DNA of 64,000 nt from Selaginella moellendorffii (taxonomy: Eukaryota > Plantae > Lycopodiophyta), in the NCBI RefSeq assembly GCF_000143415.4, contig NW_003314275.1, positions 1,059,955 through 1,123,954 of the forward strand, in the 5' to 3' direction. Numbering within the stretch: the first letter of the stretch is position 1; each line of letters begins with the position of its first letter. Positions 39,410-52,754 of this stretch are shown here, one piece after another. Made by a program: the position numbers and the translations under genes. The notes under the pieces are model-generated. The model did not search any database, was not told the DNA's origin, and worked only from the letters and a program-made list of their open reading frames with translations.

Positions 39410-41005
39410 TCACAGTCTTCTAGCTTTGAGAGTTGCTCTCAGTGGTTGTTTCATCACCACAGTAAACTCTTGTATGGGAGTTAGATCCACTGCTGTCTCG
39501 CCGGGCACTGTGTTCCACTCGAACTCTTGCACGAGACGAGCAAGGACGAGATGGACGTGGAGAGTCGCTAGGCCGAGCCCGGGACAGATCCTCCGCCCGG
39601 CTCCAAACGGGATCAAGTTTAGCGCCCCGGACGAGGCCGTGAAGTCGGCACTGGCACCCGGCCCCTCAAGAAACCTCTCGGGCTTGTACTCGTCAGGATT
39701 CGTCCACAGCTCCGGATCGTTGTTGATGGCGTAGATGTTGAAGAGCAGCGTTGCATGGACCGGGATATCGTAGCCTCCGAGCTTGCAAGGCTCGGTCACT
39801 GCGTGAGGAAGAGTGGTGTAGCCCGGTGGATGCTTGCGTAGAGTTTCCTTGACGACGGCCTTGAGGTAGACCAGCTTGTCGATGTCTTTCTCGGTCACTG
39901 GCTTATCTCCAACGCTGGAATGGATCTCCTCCAGGAGCTTCTTCTGGACGGCCGGGTGCTTGATCACGTTGGCGAGCGACCACTCGAGAGTGTTGGCGGT
40001 GGTGTCGGCTCCGGCGTTGAGAAACTCGGAGCACAGCACGATCAAGTCCTCGTCCGTGAGCTTGAGCTGATGATCCTCTTGCCGCTGGAGCGAGAACAGC
40101 GAGCTCAGGTAGGAGTTTTGATCGAGCTTGTCCTCGGCTGCCAGGAGCTTGGCCCTCTGGATCAGAGGCAGCAGGAGCTCCCTCCTCTCTCCGACGAGTT
40201 CCTCCAGCTTCAAATCCCTCGGCGATCGCTGGACAATCTTGAGAAGCGGGACAAAGTCGCTCATCCTCCCACCGCGTCCAGCACTGGTGACCAAGTGCCG
40301 CAGCATTCGTTCCACACCATTCACGGCATCCTTGTCCAGCCACTGCCCAAAGCACATGTAGGAAAGAAGCGAGAAGACGGTGAACCTGAGCGTTGCAAGA
40401 ACCGGTACCGCGCTGCTGTCCGCGCGGCACTCCTTATCTACCGCGCGGTACACCGGACTATCCGCGCTGTACTCCTTGTCTACCGTGCGGTACGACGGGC
40501 CGTCCGGGCTGTCCGCGCGTTGTGACGTCTGGCGAAGCTTCTCCACGAGCTCACTGATAACACGCTGCCTGGCGGGCTCAAAGGCGTGGACGCGGTGTGG
40601 GCTCAAGACGTGGCTTACCATGTTGCGCCGCACGGTACGCCAGTGATGACCATAGGGCGCCGCGTTGATATTGCGGCGGTAGTTGCTCAGCCGGACCTGC
40701 CACAAGGATGGCCGCGACGAGAAAATGGACCCCTTCTCGATCAGGGCCTCGTGCGCGAGCTGCGAGCTCGAGACTACCACCAGGGGCACCGATCCAACGC
40801 GAAGTGTCATGATCGCGCCGTGCTGCCGGGCCAGATTTTGGAGATTCATGGGGCTCCCCAGCACCGATCGCATCTGGAGGAGATTGCCGAGGAGTGGGAA
40901 ACCCCTTGGCCCCGGAGGGAGATGGGTTCGCCGCCTGGAGAGGAGAAGAAGCGAGGCGGCCAGGATCGCCACCGCCACAGCCAGGAATGCCACCATAAAC
41001 GCCAT
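39410..41005 (-). CDS. Cytochrome P450, CYP77-like, second copy, 531 aa
   Basis: Near-identical to 33891-35492; all P450 motifs intact. Confidence 0.92.
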   Translation of the reverse strand: MAFMVAFLAVAVAILAASLLLLSRRRTHLPPGPRGFPLLGNLLQMRSVLGSPMNLQNLARQHGAIMTLRVGSVPLVVVSSSQLAHEALIEKGSIFSSRPSLWQVRLSNYRRNINAAPYGHHWRTVRRNMVSHVLSPHRVHAFEPARQRVISELVEKLRQTSQRADSPDGPSYRTVDKEYSADSPVYRAVDKECRADSSAVPVLATLRFTVFSLLSYMCFGQWLDKDAVNGVERMLRHLVTSAGRGGRMSDFVPLLKIVQRSPRDLKLEELVGERRELLLPLIQRAKLLAAEDKLDQNSYLSSLFSLQRQEDHQLKLTDEDLIVLCSEFLNAGADTTANTLEWSLANVIKHPAVQKKLLEEIHSSVGDKPVTEKDIDKLVYLKAVVKETLRKHPPGYTTLPHAVTEPCKLGGYDIPVHATLLFNIYAINNDPELWTNPDEYKPERFLEGPGASADFTASSGALNLIPFGAGRRICPGLGLATLHVHLVLARLVQEFEWNTVPGETAVDLTPIQEFTVVMKQPLRATLKARRL

Positions 41006-41069
41006 AGTGACAAGATGCCCTAGCGAGGAACCCTAAAAACAGAGGCCAAGAGGGTTTAGGGTTTTAGCG
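41006..41069. promoter_or_regulatory. 64-bp divergent spacer with inverted telo-box-like motifs (second copy)
   Basis: AACCCTAAA 41029-41037 and TTTAGGGTT 41055-41063. Confidence 0.55.
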
Positions 41070-44007
41070 ATGGTCGCTACGCGCTTGCTGCTTCTGGCCA
41101 GGAATTCCTTCGCGGCTAGACGATCGCTCTGTTGTCACAGGAGTGCCGCATTCTTGGAGCACGAGATTTGGGAGATTTGTAGCCGGCGAAGCTCGGGATT
41201 TCCATCGCTGCTGCCTTCCAGGTATTTTGGTAGCAATGCCGGTGCTGGCAGCGGTAAGGAAGTGGCGAAGGAGGAGAAATCCGTGATCCCGGCCGCAGGT
41301 AATTCTCGTGCTTCGAGAAAAGGGGAAGATCACTCGAAAGCAAATGAGAATATGGAGGACAAGCCAAAGCGAACGAAGAAAGTGGAAGAACCAAAGTTGC
41401 CGGCTTCGAGAAAAGGAGATGTCGAGGAGGTGGCCGATGGAGCGAAGGCTAAACCCAAGAAAACGAAGGTGGTGGAGACCGAGGCAAAGCTTTTAGCTCC
41501 CAGAAAAGATCTTGGCAGTAACGAAGCGATCGAGGGAGCCAAACCAAAGCCAAAGCGATCGAGAAAAGTGAAGGGCGAGGAAGAAAAAGACTCCAGTGTT
41601 TCAGGAAATGGCAAAGAGGTGACTAAAGCGAAGTCGAAAGGGACGAAGAAAGTGCCAGTAGAGGAAGGAATGGAGTCCGAGCTATCAGCTCCAGGCCAGA
41701 GGAAAACATCTAAGTCAAGGACACAGTCTGCAAAGAAGGTGGAGGAAACTGTGAAGGCTGTCGGGACAGTTGGTTTAGTAGCAGAGAATAGTATGGAGCT
41801 GGAAAAGAAAGTTGAGAAGAGACCACCAAAGCCAGGGAGGCAAGCTGCGAAGAAGATGGAGCTACTGGATGAAGCTGCGAGGATTGCCGGGACAGATGGT
41901 TTAGTAGCAGAGGATCCAGAGAAAAGTATAGAGCTAGAAATGAAGGAACGGGATCCAGTCGTGGTGGTAGAATCATCGCCGCAAAGTTTGGACGTTCAAG
42001 GCAAGAGAGATACTTGTGGGACTAAAACTCCAGAGTTCGTGGAAAACAATCTAGATTCGGAAATAAGCGTACCACTTGTGGAAGAGTCCGGGGCGTCGCA
42101 GCAAGCTTCGGACGATGCAGCGAAGCCAGAGACAACAGAGACTGTGAAGGTTGCTGAGACAGACAACGTGGTTGTAGAAAAAGATTCAAAGGTGGCAGAA
42201 CCATCGCCAGATCAAGCGAAGACGCAGTATGAAAATGTGGTCACAGCGGAAGCAAAACAGGATGACTTTCTTGAGGTGGATGACGAGCTCAAGGAGTTTC
42301 TCATGGACAGAAAGCTACAGCAGGAGCAAGTCGAGGAGGACGAGGACGACGAAGACGACCACGACTACGTATGGGACTACAGGGATATCAGGCAGCTGCC
42401 AAGCTCTGTGAAGCACCTCGAGAAGAAGCTCAAGGAGCTCTCCAGCACCGCTCCTCCAGACGACCGAAGGATCGCGGTGGTAAAGCTCAAACTTGGTCAG
42501 GAGCTGTGCTCAAGTGAGCACCTGTCGCCACAGAGAGCAGTGGACCTTGCGAACGAAGCTCTCAAAGTTCTCGGGGTTGGCGGCGATGGTTCCATCGAGC
42601 AGGGAATGTGCCTCGCGGTACTGGGAGCTGGATACCGGGGGCTCGAGCAGTACGAGAAGAGTTTCTCTTACCTGAAACGAGCCTCGACGTGTTTCGACGA
42701 GATGAACGAGAAGGGCCAGGAAGTTGTCCGCGAGATGCAGTTCACTACGAACCAGCTCGGCCTCACGTACTTGTCTCTGGGCCGGATCAAGCAAGGCGTG
42801 GAGTCACTGATAGAGGCGCTGGATCTCCAAGAGACGGTGCTACCATGCGACGATCCCGACCTCGGCAGCGACTTCCGCAAGGCCGCGGAGCACTTGTGTG
42901 ACGTAGAGCAGTGGGAGGAGGCCAAGAAGCTGTGCGAGAAAGCCATTCGTATCCACAGCAAGATCAAAGGCTTTGACAACGAGGAAGTTGGCCACGACAG
43001 GAAAATCATGGCACGGATTTACAGGGGCTTGAGCCAGCACGAGAAGGCGCTGGAACAGTTTAGAATCGCGAGGCAGATCTTCAACGAGGACGAGGAGAAC
43101 ATCTACTGGGCCAACATGGGAATAGCGGACTCGCAGATGTGCATGGAGAGCTACAGCGAAGCCATCGCGACGATAGAAGGGGCGATGGAGTCGATTCCAA
43201 AGAAGCCAGTGACTTACAGAGGGACTGCTTATCTCAAGCTCGCCAAGGCGTTTTATCTCAAGAAGGACTTTAACGAAGGAATCAAGAGGTTGATGGCTGC
43301 TCTCGAGTTCTACAAAGCGAACCTTGGTGCCGGCTCCATGGACGAGACTGCCAGCCAGCTCCACGAGATCGCGGCGCTGTTTGACGCGATGGGAGACGTC
43401 AAAGGCTCCATCAGGACGCTGAAGATCGCCATCGCCGCCTACGACTGCGTCCCTGGAGCGGAGAAGCTGGTGATGAACGCAAAGATGGACCTTGGCTCGC
43501 AGCTTATACGGCACAAGAAGCCCGAGAGCGCGCTGCGTTACTACGAGGAGGCCATGGAGCTGTCCAGGAAGCTCGGGTTGCCGAGCCTCAACCTTCTCAC
43601 CTTGACGGGGATAGCACACATGGAACTCTCGAATCACCAGGCCGCGATGGAGGTGCTGCAAGATGCTAAAGCTTTGCTCGAGAGCCCGGAACAGATGAAG
43701 CGCTCGGACCTGTCCAAGAAGATTTGCTTCCCGAAGCTCCCCGTGTATCACAACTTGGTCACGTGCTACCAGCATTTCGAAAGGTATGTCTTGCTTTTCT
43801 CGCTTTCTATCGTTCTTTTCCATCTTTGCTAATGCTCGAGCGATCGCTTTGCGCAGATATGACGACGCTCTCGACTGCCAGAAGCTTTTGGTGGCGGAGC
43901 TGCGCATCGCGGGACGCGAAGCCGAGGAAAAGCTCCCCGACGCGACGCGAGTGCTCGAGGAACTCATGGAGAGGAGCAGCAAACTCCCCGTCCAAGCTCA
44001 AGCGTGA
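41070..44007 (+). CDS. TPR-repeat protein (kinesin-light-chain-like TPRs) with organellar-type presequence and ~400-aa Lys/Glu-rich region; exons 41070-43783, 43857-44007
   Basis: Long ORF; TPR patterns (EVGHDRKIMARIYRGLSQHEKALEQF); Arg/Ser-rich N-terminus; GT-AG intron restores the frame. Confidence 0.85.
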
Positions 44008-44357
44008 CTCTCGGGTACCTTGTCATCTTTTCACGATCACGAGAAGTTGATAAATAGATAGAGATGGTTTTAAAAGCTTCGTGTGGATTTCTTACTGTTT
44101 TCTTCCATCGCGAATGCAGGCTTGAGTCTCGGGAGTCGTACCAACAAGCGCAAAAGTCCGTACGGGGGAGTTTACATTGTGGAAGATCCTTTGAGCAAAG
44201 AAACGAGGCGTTTTGGCACGTTATAGCGATTCCAGGTGGGCTTTTTGCTGTTTGGATCACGCATCTGGCTAGAGCGAGAGCTTGTGGGTCACAGGGTAGA
44301 GAGAGAGAGGAGGGAGGCTTTCCTTTTAGGGAAGTGGAAAGAAGTGAGAGCCAAGAA

Positions 44358-45231
44358 ATGGCGAGCTCCAGGAGCAAGATTCCGGCTTACACGCCGGCGC
44401 TCGTCATCGGCTTGGTGGTGGTGGCGCTCTTGGGTTTCCAGACGCTCCGGGAACGCAATTCCACCAGTGCTGCGCTATACCAGAAGGAGAGCGAGATCGT
44501 CAAGCTCCATCTAGAGCTCCAAGTAAGTGGTCTTTCTTTCTTTCGCTCTATCTTCTTTTAAGGACTTGATTAGTCGTCGAGGACGAACTTACACGAGTTT
44601 TTTCTTTTCCTTTTGCTCTTGGCAGGAGGTTCTCAAGTCGTCCGAGCAGCTGCAAAGAACAGTGTCTAGCCTCCGAGCCGAGAAGAGCAAGCTTGCGACT
44701 GATACCAGTAGCTTGAACTCGCAGCTGGCCCAGCTCGAGAAGTACCGGGGTTCCACCGAGGACAGGAAGAGGAACTTGGAGGAGACCGTGCAAAGCAAGG
44801 AGGAGGAGATCGAGGAGCTCAAGGAGCAGTTGGGGAAGATGCAGCACAGCGCCGAGGAGCTGCGGGAGCTCAAGCAGCAGATTCGTGAGCTCGAGGAGAA
44901 GCTAAAGTTGGCTCAAACGGGTGGTGGCGCTGGGGTGAAAAAACCGGAAGCGAAGGAATTCGTGTCGGGTCTGGAGGATGAGGATCCCAAGGCCCGAAAC
45001 TCGACGGCTCTGGAAGACGAGAAAGAAGACGAGGAGGCGAGGACGACTGAGGAGTCTTCCAAAGATGAAGAGGCGAGTGATGATTCAAAAGAGGGGGACG
45101 AGAAGAATTTGGAGGAAGGAGTCGAAGAGGACAACGAGCAGGATAAGTTGGACGAAGATAGCAAGTCTGCGGAGTTGGATCTGGAAGAAGGAAGTTTGGG
45201 TGGAGATAACAACCAGGAGGCCGCAGAATAG
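44358..45231 (+). CDS. Type-II membrane-anchored coiled-coil protein with acidic tail; exons 44358-44522, 44626-45231
   Basis: N-terminal hydrophobic helix, heptad coiled coil, D/E-rich C-terminus, canonical intron. Confidence 0.8.
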
Positions 45232-45310
45232 TTTGTTTGTTGGAAAAAGTTCCAACTCGAGAGCTTAGCTTCTCTTTTACCTTGAAGTTTGTAAAGAGTT
45301 TTTGCGTGTT

Positions 45311-47851
45311 TTAAGAAGCTACACTTTGGCCGATGATGTCTGAGAAGGAGAAGTCGTGGAATGGCAAACCTGAGAAAATAAGACAAAGGAGCTTGAAACT
45401 TTTCTGAAAAGACGAGCTAAACCGAATCTTACCTTCTCGTTCGTCGAGGAGATAAAACGGGATGTTGGCGACTGCCAGTGTTTGAGCTTTGCTCCATTCC
45501 ACCGTTCCAGGCCTGTGCTGGCCACCCAAGATTGACGAGCAAATCGCGTGGTCGTGCATCAGACCGAGGTAGTCACGAGCTCTTCTCCAGACGATCTTAT
45601 CGAGTAGCTGATGTGATCGTGCCACCTTCGAAGCAATCAAGAACAGCAACTTAAACTTCCTCAGAGAAGCAAAAAAAAAAAAAAAAAACAAACCTTGGCA
45701 AGGCACACTCGAGCTCTAGGCGAGAGCTCTCGATGGCACGTTGCAAGCTTTGCTATGGCGGTTATGACAAAACATAGCAGCCGGGACTGGGCCGGGACGG
45801 CAGAAGTTTTACGCCTGGATGTTTGTAAAAGATTAGACACAACGTAAGCTGTGAAAAACTTCAATTACCTTGACGAGAGGTTTTCGTAGAGAACCAGCTC
45901 CAGAGTTTCAAAGAGCTCTCTTGCAGCATCCTTGAAATGCGTACCACCACCTCCATGTTCTCCAATCGCCCAGCATAGTTGCAAAGCAAGCTCAGTCTAG
46001 CAAATGCAATGTAAGTTTAGCGCTCAAACATTGAGAAATCCATCTTACTTTGCCGTCACTTGTTTGAGGTTGACTGACGCTGTCCGTGATGGGCTTCTGC
46101 GATGTTTTTACTTCTTTTGGAATAACGATTTCAAATAGATAAGAAAGGCTTACCTTCAAAAGAGCAATGAATTGAGGAGATTTCTTAAAGCAAGCGTGCA
46201 TAAACTGAAAACACGTTTGTTGGACCTGATTTAAGACACGAGTCAGCTTATGAGTAAACTAATCTTGCTTACCTCGATTGAAAATGCCTTATCCGGAAAC
46301 ATGGCATCGATTCTGAAGAAAACCATAGGTAAAAGAGCGCAGAGTAGTGCTAAACATACAAAGAGCAGCGGATTAAATGCAAAAACCAAAGGCTTGGAAC
46401 TTACAATCGCTCACGTCTCGCAATGCGACGTCGAAATAGACTTGCAAAAGCTGCGGGCTAAATTTCAGAGCATGTTTAAGCTTGTTGGATTGTACAGACC
46501 CCATTGCTGCTTCCAACGTGGCCTTCATTCCAGGATACGACCAATGACGTTCCTGCAAGATGAACCTTCTTATCCTCAAAGCAATATAGTCACTTCTTGT
46601 TACCGCTAAGCCTTCGTTTTCATCTTTCAAGAGGTCCGAAAACAGATCATCTGCTTCGTAATGCGAGTTTCTTCCAGAGCCTTCTTTGCTGGAATCATCG
46701 CCCCCATCAATGAAGGTTCCTGTGTAAGCTTCATCCATCAATGCCAGAAGTGCCTGAGAAACGAATAAACAAATCGCACAGCTTAATGAGCATGTATATC
46801 ACCTCGGGTGCCGGGTTTTTTCGAATGTTTCCCATGTTTCCGTGCAGAGATCCAGTGCGTTGTTCTAGACTCTCCAGAGCCAGGACCAAAGCTGCATAAA
46901 AACTTCACACGCTTCAACTTCAGAAATCGAGTCATAGCTCGGAGATACTCACTCGGCAGGTCCAGAAGAGCCAAGAACAGCTGCAAAAATGACGGCGGCC
47001 CCATGAGCGCGGGAAACAGCTGCAAAAATGGTGTGTCGAGGCTATAAAGCAACAGAAAATCAGGAGATGGAGATAAACTACCGCGAGAAAAAATTCACTC
47101 ACGTTTCATCTCCCCAAGCAATCACCTTGAGGAGCAAAGGAAAGAACTGCGCATTCAAAACCATAGCACATGAGATAAATGCGACAGCAATGAAAGTTCG
47201 ATACCAACCTGAGGAAGAACACTCGAATAAGAAAGCAAAAACTTCATCTTGTTGTGATTTAGGAAAGTCACAGTCGCAGCTGCTACAGCAGGATCTGCAT
47301 ATTGCCTGGAAAAAAACAAAAATGCTCGTCAAATAAAAGAAAAGAAAGAAGAATGAAAGAAAGAACAAAGAAACTTTAGCACTTACTTGACGAGGCATGA
47401 GCGAAAAAAAGCTCGCAAACTTGGATCCGCATCGTGAAGAACAGTCTCTCCATGATCCAGAAAAAACTGTAGTATAGCCTGTTGTGTGCAAGAAAATAAA
47501 ACGCTAAGAACTTTCCCAACCAAAAAATTCCAAGCTCGTACCAGCGCAACTAGAGCGGTGCTGGGACGTTGTGTCGACGAAGAACAGCATCGCTGGAAGA
47601 GCTTCGTCATGGCGGGATAAACTCTCGTCACCAAATCCTCGTTCCCTTCACTCTTACACATCGCATTGAGCCTTTCCACCTGAGAAACAGAAACACCCCA
47701 TCTCCTCTTTAGAAATCACAGCAAAAGAAAAATCCAGCTCGTTACTAACCGCATCGCGAACCGAGGTGTCGGCCGTGTCGATCGCCGAGGAATCGCGGCC
47801 AGCACCGAGCGAGAGAATCCGGAGACAAATCGCCCACTCCCTCTCCTCCAT
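45311..47851 (-). CDS. AP5Z1: AP-5 adaptor complex subunit zeta, multi-exon
   Basis: AILQFFLDHGETVLHDADPSLRAFFRSCL, FFPLLLKVIAW and terminal PFHDFSFSDII match plant AP-5 zeta. Confidence 0.85.
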
Positions 47852-47916
47852 ATCTCCTCAATGCAAGAGATTTTAGGGCTCCACGCGAAGCTTTTTAAAG
47901 ATTTTTAAACTGTTAA

Positions 47917-48608
<692 letters not shown>

Positions 48609-51600
48609 CCCCAAACCCCTGTTTCTATGAAGAACCCTAAAAGTGTAAACTGAAGAACCCTAAAAATTTGATTAAAGGTTTCATCAGCAAAGCTCACAAA
48701 CCTTTGCATTTTTCATCCATCATTCTCATGCTTCAAGTTGGGCACTGCAAGACTATCAAAATAGCATATAGAGGATAAATTCTTTTTTTGAAATTTGAGA
48801 GATCAAGATTCTTGTGTGATTTGGTAGGGACCAAAGAACATGTTATGTTTGTGTGCTACATCATGTTTGGGTCCTTGTTTCTACAGGCAAGGGAAAAGGG
48901 TGGATGCAACATAGCCATCAGCATTGTGAGGAGAGCAAATAAATTATAACATTTTTGAAGAAATTTGGGAGGTCCTCTTCTGTCTGTGTGGGAGACACAA
49001 GACCATCCATCTAAAATACCTGGAAACAAATTTGACATCCCTCCCTCCACTTCTTGCTTTTGAACATGGCTAGCACAATTTTTATGATAAAGGGATTGAT
49101 CCAACCCTTTCAACAAACGCATTTGTTTTCTCTCATTCTTTTATTTTTTATTTTGACCATTGGCCTATCAACTCCCTCCCTTTTCTTGGGCCACTTGAAG
49201 GACCAAACTCCCTCATTGTTGTGATAGTGTTCTCTTGGTTCCATGTACTAGAGATTTCTCTCCTTTTTATTTCTGCTCCTTTTTCTGATTATTTTAGGAT
49301 TAAATTGCCTTTCCTCGTGAGGTGAGGCGATCCATCGCCAGCTAGTGTACAGACAAATCAAATAAAAAAGCTCATCCAATTTGATAGATATACGTATATA
49401 TATGCAATTATAAATACTATTAAGAAATACCCGAATTTATGAATTACATATGCCTGAGTTCCTGCAAGCATTCTTTTCCAAGTGAAAACGACACTACCGT
49501 GCTTATTTTTTGTATAAATCGATCAAAACGCACACCGAGCAGCGAGCCAACTTTATGGTTTTTATCAAAATCCGAGGTGATCGAGAGGATCACTTTCACT
49601 TCACGGAGACGAAGTTAGGGAAGGACTCGATCCAGGATCTGACGCCCAATTTAAAACGCTGAGGCCCATGCTACCGCAATTCGTACGCTCTACGTATAAC
49701 TCCTTTCTATATGTTTCTTAGCAGGGGTTCCTTGTTTCCCAAGAGAGGCGTAAGATTAGACACGGGGTCGCCATCTATCCAATCTCTTCCGGCCACCGCG
49801 CTGGCATTTTCATGGAATACTCTATCGCCATTGTCTTCATAAAAGCTTGTTTTTGAGATCTCAATCTCAGGAAATTGATGGGATTGGATTGAATTGATTG
49901 ATTGGTGCAAGATGTTTTGATTGCTGGGTTGTGCTCCTCCTCTACTTTTGGTTCTTTTTCTTTTGTTCTCCCTGTGTGTTAGGTCTTAGTTTCCTCCTCC
50001 TCAGCTTTTGAGTCCTCCTTCCACTCGCTGAAATTCAGACAAGTATCCAGATTATTTCGTGAAATTCTCAAAGGAGAAGATCAAGGAGGGTCGCTGTCCT
50101 AGGAAATATAGAAAGAATAAGAAAGAGAGAGATTCTGTCTCACTCCATCTCTCTGGTGGTATTCAAGCTGGCATTCATGTTGTAGGTGGTAGACATTTCA
50201 ACTGTTTTTACCAAGCATACTCAAAAGGGGTTTAAAACGGCGTCAAAGTCTTTTTCCGGTAAAAAGATGACATGTATTTCCCACGTATTCTTGTGGCGTA
50301 CAAATACACGTCAACATATGCGCAGCCGAGTTGGTGAAAGATCGGGATGGGACATCGTTCCCTCCCCACTAACTAACTTAAGACCCTTTAGCGAAAACAA
50401 AAGGTGGCGGAGTGTAAAGAAAGGTGGTAAACTCAGTGGACTATGAGAGGCTACTTGCTGGGTTCAGAAAAAAGAATTGCACCACCTTTTGCCCCTCCCC
50501 ATGTGCATGCGTTCAGAGGATCAAAGCTAAGGATCCAAAGACCCGAAAGCGCTAGGGTTTGAGGATTTTACAGTGACATTCCAACCTATGTGCACCAGCC
50601 ACCACCGCCACCTTCCAAAAGAAAGAAACAACAAGTTGGCGGCGCAAAAGAAGAAAAAAGGGGGGAATTTAACGTAAAGGGTGGAATGAAACAGAGCGTT
50701 AACGGGATATGTAGCTCGCTTTCTAGGGTTTGTTTGTTAGTTTGTTTGCCTGGCAGCCATTTTCTTTTTCTTTACATTTTATTGTAAAAATACATTTTAC
50801 TATTATGATCGTGAAATAAAGAAATATTTGCTGGAAGTTTGTGCGTGTTGAGAGAGGGTAAAAAATCATCAGATGTTCTTGTCGTTGATGTTGGGGTGTT
50901 GGGAAGCATGCATGTTGGATTCGCCCGTTTGAATCCAACGGAGGGTTTTGTGTCTTTATTTTATGTTTTCCAAGACTTTTCAATCTTTTTTCCTGTTGTG
51001 TCACGGTTTTTGATCAAAGGAAAGCAGAGCTTACGAGAGCATTCATTTTCATAGTTTTTTTGCATTCCATTCGATGCATTCCAAAAACCCTGTCCCCCTT
51101 TCGAGGTAAAGAACAAACAAAGAGAAGCAACAAAAACAACGCGGTGGGTGTTGGTGGCCTCTCGACGTCGATGGCTTCTTCGACCTTCAAACTTGCAAGA
51201 AGAAAAAAATCAACAGTAAATTGCTTTTCCTTTTCTTTCCAGCTTTCTTTTCTAGCTTTTCCTATATGGTGGTGTTGGTCCTCCAAAGTCCTTCACCACA
51301 TTCAAGGCAGAGTATCGAGAAGGAAAAAAAAAATGCAGCAGGAGGAGAAGATGGTGACGATGACGAACTTCTTCTTCTTCTTGGCGATGGTGACCAATAC
51401 GAGCGAGTACTCTTGCCTTAACACCCGTTAAGCTGGATCCATCCGTGCGTTTAAAGCTGAGATTTGTGGGGCATGGAGTGCGAGTACTCGAAGATCTCCC
51501 TGGATTTGTAACCATCTCAGACAAATCTCCTCGATAAAAATCACACTTTTCTCTGTGTTCCATCTCACCAAGTTGGCACAAACACCATTTCTTTTTTGTT

Positions 51601-52754
51601 AGGTCAAAGGCAAGAGGCAATGAGAAGCGCAGCGATGCTCGTCTTGTTGGGTGGAGCTGGCATGGATTCCCAAGCAACTTTCGGTGCTCCATAGGTAAAG
51701 CTCTCATCTTTTCCTCCATAGTTTTGCCCAGCAGCAGTGTGGAAATGCGGGCTTAGCTTAGTGCTCATCACAAAGCCCCTCTTTCTCTTTGAGTTTGTGT
51801 AAGTTCCTGTTAGCACTATAACTCCACGAACAAAGCAAGCAAGCCACTGTGTCTCCGTGTGTGTCTTTGTGTCTTTGTGTCTGTGGTTTGAAAGCGAGAC
51901 TTGATCTTCCTCCAGCTTTTTTTTTTCTTTGAGTTGAGGGAACTTTGGTTTTCTCTTTTTGTGTATGTGTGTAGCGGCTAGGATTGACAAATTCCCTTCA
52001 CCAAATCCCTGGCACCCTGCCGCTCTGCTGGTTTGTTGGGTGCCCTTTCGTTCTCACCAGTTTTTAGAGCGTCTATGAGAGAGAGAGGAGTTCTCCCTCG
52101 TCATGGAGGACGGCGAGCAAAGCTTGCGAGCTTAAAACTGTGTTACGAGGGGTGAGAGCCGTCATATCCATCGCCACCGGCCTCTTTTGCCCTCTTGCTG
52201 TCTTCTAAGACGCTCTCTCTTTCCTCTCTCTCTCTTTCTCTTTGCATATAAGCCCAGCTTCTTTCCATTCCAACCTTGCAACTCAAAAACTCAGGGAGAG
52301 AGAACAAGAGGACGGAGAAGTTTTTGTGTTTCGGTTTCTTCTCTTCGATTTCGTGAGAGGCACGGAGGTAACTTTTCTTCTTTAGCTTCTTGGTTTCGAC
52401 AAGTCCCTGTTTCTAGCATGAGTAGTGTCTGTGTCTCTGTTCTTCTCGGGATGATATGATCCAATTTGGAGTTTTTTTTCTTTCTTTCAAGTCGAGCGTG
52501 TTCTTGTAAACATTCCGTGCAATCTTTCATACTCTTTTTCTTGGTTCCTTGCAGCAGGCAGGCACGCTGGTAGAATGTTCCTTAGTGAAAACTAAATTCA
52601 TTCGCAACTGAACCGAGCTTGGGAGAATTCATGATGACAGCTTGCAAGCATTTGCTCTAGAGGAGGAGCTCTCAAAGTACTTCCCAAAGGCCATCATTTT
52701 GTTTTTTTTGGTTCCCTTTGGCTTTGGAGCAAGCCAGATCGCCGCTCGCTCGCA

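Larger units (their letters stand above)
37545..42330. repeat. Tandem segmental duplication, copy C
   Basis: Matches 31649-36798. Confidence 0.95.

Noticed and set aside
46965-47035. Short direct repeat aacagctgcaaaaatg in AP5Z1
   Set aside because: Encodes FLQLF twice in a region where plant AP-5 zeta has a similar doubled pattern; not a separate element
48700-52600. Search by eye for conserved miRNAs (miR156/166/171/319/408/529)
   Set aside because: No mature-sequence match seen
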